From a virus: a stretch of 14,415 nucleotides of DNA. Shown here piece by piece: positions 13,330-14,415 of this stretch. The stretch lies in the UHGV virus genome UHGV-0068976, one strand, 5' to 3'. Both the position numbers and the translations under genes were made by a program. Each line of letters starts with the position of its first letter. Positions within the stretch are counted from its first letter, which is position 1. Under the pieces are notes generated by a model. It searched no databases, was not told where the DNA came from, and saw nothing but the letters and a program-made list of their open reading frames with translations.

Positions 13330-13360
13330 AGGCCTGCTGGTAATCGCAGGCCTTTTTATT
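13330..13360 (+). terminator. Intrinsic terminator (tR2-position) between the replication genes and ninB
   Basis: Plus strand: AGGCCTGC-tggtaatc-GCAGGCCT (8-bp perfect stem) followed by TTTTTATTT. In lambda, tR2 sits at the equivalent place upstream of the nin genes. Confidence 0.6.
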
Positions 13361-13377
13361 TGGGGGAGAGGGAAGTC

Positions 13378-13818
13378 ATGAAAAAACTAACCTTTGAAAT
13401 TCGATCTCCAGCACATCAGCAAAACGCTATTCACGCAGTACAGCAAATCCTTCCAGACCCAACCAAACCAATCGTAGTAACCATTCAGGAACGCAACCGC
13501 AGCTTAGACCAAAACAGGAAGCTATGGGCCTGCTTAGGTGACGTCTCTCGTCAGGTTGAATGGCATGGTCGCTGGCTGGATGCAGAAAGCTGGAAGTGTG
13601 TGTTTACCGCAGCATTAAAGCAGCAGGATGTTGTTCCTAACCTTGCCGGGAATGGCTTTGTGGTAATAGGCCAGTCAACCAGCAGGATGCGTGTAGGCGA
13701 ATTTGCGGAGCTATTAGAGCTTATACAGGCATTCGGTACAGAGCGTGGCGTTAAGTGGTCAGACGAAGCGAGACTGGCTCTGGAGTGGAAAGCGAGATGG
13801 GGAGATCGGGCTGCATGA
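13378..13818 (+). CDS. ninB: NinB (Orf-family recombination mediator)
   Basis: 146-aa product from ATG at 13378-13380 (MKKLTFEIRSPAHQQNAIHAVQQILPDPTKPIVVTIQERNRSLDQNRKLWACLGDV...), which I recognise as essentially the lambda NinB sequence. Not verified by search. Confidence 0.9.
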   Translation: MKKLTFEIRSPAHQQNAIHAVQQILPDPTKPIVVTIQERNRSLDQNRKLWACLGDVSRQVEWHGRWLDAESWKCVFTAALKQQDVVPNLAGNGFVVIGQSTSRMRVGEFAELLELIQAFGTERGVKWSDEARLALEWKARWGDRAA

Positions 13819-14342
13819 CTATCAAATCAAATACGCCAGCACACGACAAGGACTGCTGGCAAACGCCGCTTTGGCTTTTTGATGCACTGGATATTGAGTT
13901 TGGATTCTGGCTGGATTCGGCAGCGAGCGACAAAAATGCTCTGTGTGCTCACTGGCTAACTGAGGCCGACGACGCGCTCAATTCTGAGTGGGTAAGCCAC
14001 GGTGCAATCTGGAATAACCCACCGTACAGCAATATCAGGCCGTGGGTGGAAAAAGCCGCTGAGCAGTGCATACAACAGCGACAGACGGTAGTTATGCTTG
14101 TGCCAGAGGATATGTCAGTCGGATGGTTCAGCAAGGCTCTGGAGAGTGTCGACGAAGTTCGCATTATCACTGATGGACGGATTAATTTTATCGAACCATC
14201 GACAGGGTTGGAGAAGAAGGGAAACAGCAAAGGCTCCATGCTGCTGATTTGGCGACCGTTCATCAGTCCTCGACGGATGTTTACTACCGTATCCAAAGCG
14301 GCATTGATGGCGATCGGGCAGGGCGTCAGGAGGGCGGCATGA
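13815..14342 (+). CDS. Phage DNA N6-adenine methyltransferase (Dam-type)
   Basis: 175-aa product from ATG at 13815-13817, overlapping the ninB stop (ATGA). Conserved [13 protein letters not shown] near the N-terminus and the amino-methyltransferase catalytic motif NPPY (IWNNPPYSN). Confidence 0.85.
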   Translation: MTIKSNTPAHDKDCWQTPLWLFDALDIEFGFWLDSAASDKNALCAHWLTEADDALNSEWVSHGAIWNNPPYSNIRPWVEKAAEQCIQQRQTVVMLVPEDMSVGWFSKALESVDEVRIITDGRINFIEPSTGLEKKGNSKGSMLLIWRPFISPRRMFTTVSKAALMAIGQGVRRAA

Positions 14343-14415
14343 GGCGACAGCGACGAAGTTTCACCGACATCATCTGCGAAAACTGCAAATACCTTCCAAC
14401 GAAACGCTCCAGAAA
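14339..14415 (+). CDS. ninE: NinE (5' part only; truncated by window end)
   Basis: ATG at 14339-14341 overlaps the methyltransferase stop (ATGA). Translation [25 protein letters not shown] matches the lambda NinE N-terminus as recalled. Incomplete. Confidence 0.7.
   Translation, partial: MRRQRRSFTDIICENCKYLPTKRSR

Noticed and set aside
13751-14296. ORFs 13751..13933 (-) and 13949..14296 (-), and the 195-aa form of the methyltransferase starting at 13755
   Set aside because: Both minus-strand ORFs are antisense to the methyltransferase. The upstream extension would overlap the end of ninB in another frame, whereas the ATG at 13815 gives the family-typical N-terminus and ATGA coupling.
1-14415. 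Search for CRISPR arrays, tRNA/rRNA genes and IS/transposon ends
   Set aside because: No spaced direct-repeat arrays, no cloverleaf-compatible 70-90 nt segments with conserved tRNA features, and no terminal inverted repeats bracketing a transposase-like ORF were seen; the only repeats are operators, iterons and hairpins described above.

Overview
This window reads as the integration-to-early-right portion of a lambdoid (lambda/P22-like) temperate phage or prophage from an enterobacterial host. All identifications rest on reading the six-frame ORFs, motifs recalled from memory and manual inspection of hairpins and repeats; no homology search, fold prediction or computation was run. Leftward (minus strand) genes run from the immunity region to the integrase: cI-like repressor, a two-gene AT-rich insert, OL/pL, nutL, an N-like antiterminator, two small genes, a tL-like terminator, a cIII-like gene, small kil-position ORFs, a recombination module (Rad52/Erf-family annealing protein, SSB, DEDDh 3'-5' exonuclease), small hypotheticals, an Ea22/DUF551-like protein, an AT-rich Cys-rich orphan gene, xis and int. 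Rightward (plus strand) genes are cro, nutR, cII, an O-like initiator with internal ori iterons, a primase-helicase fusion, a tR2-like terminator, ninB, a Dam-type methyltransferase and the start of ninE. The most interesting feature is the two-gene cassette at 7335..8743, in the position lambda uses for rexAB: a minimal nucleotidyltransferase-fold protein translationally coupled to a 310-aa protein of unknown fold, a candidate uncharacterised exclusion or defence module. Also notable is an SSB whose DDDIPF tip is followed by 15 extra residues. No rRNA, tRNA, CRISPR array or IS element was seen.
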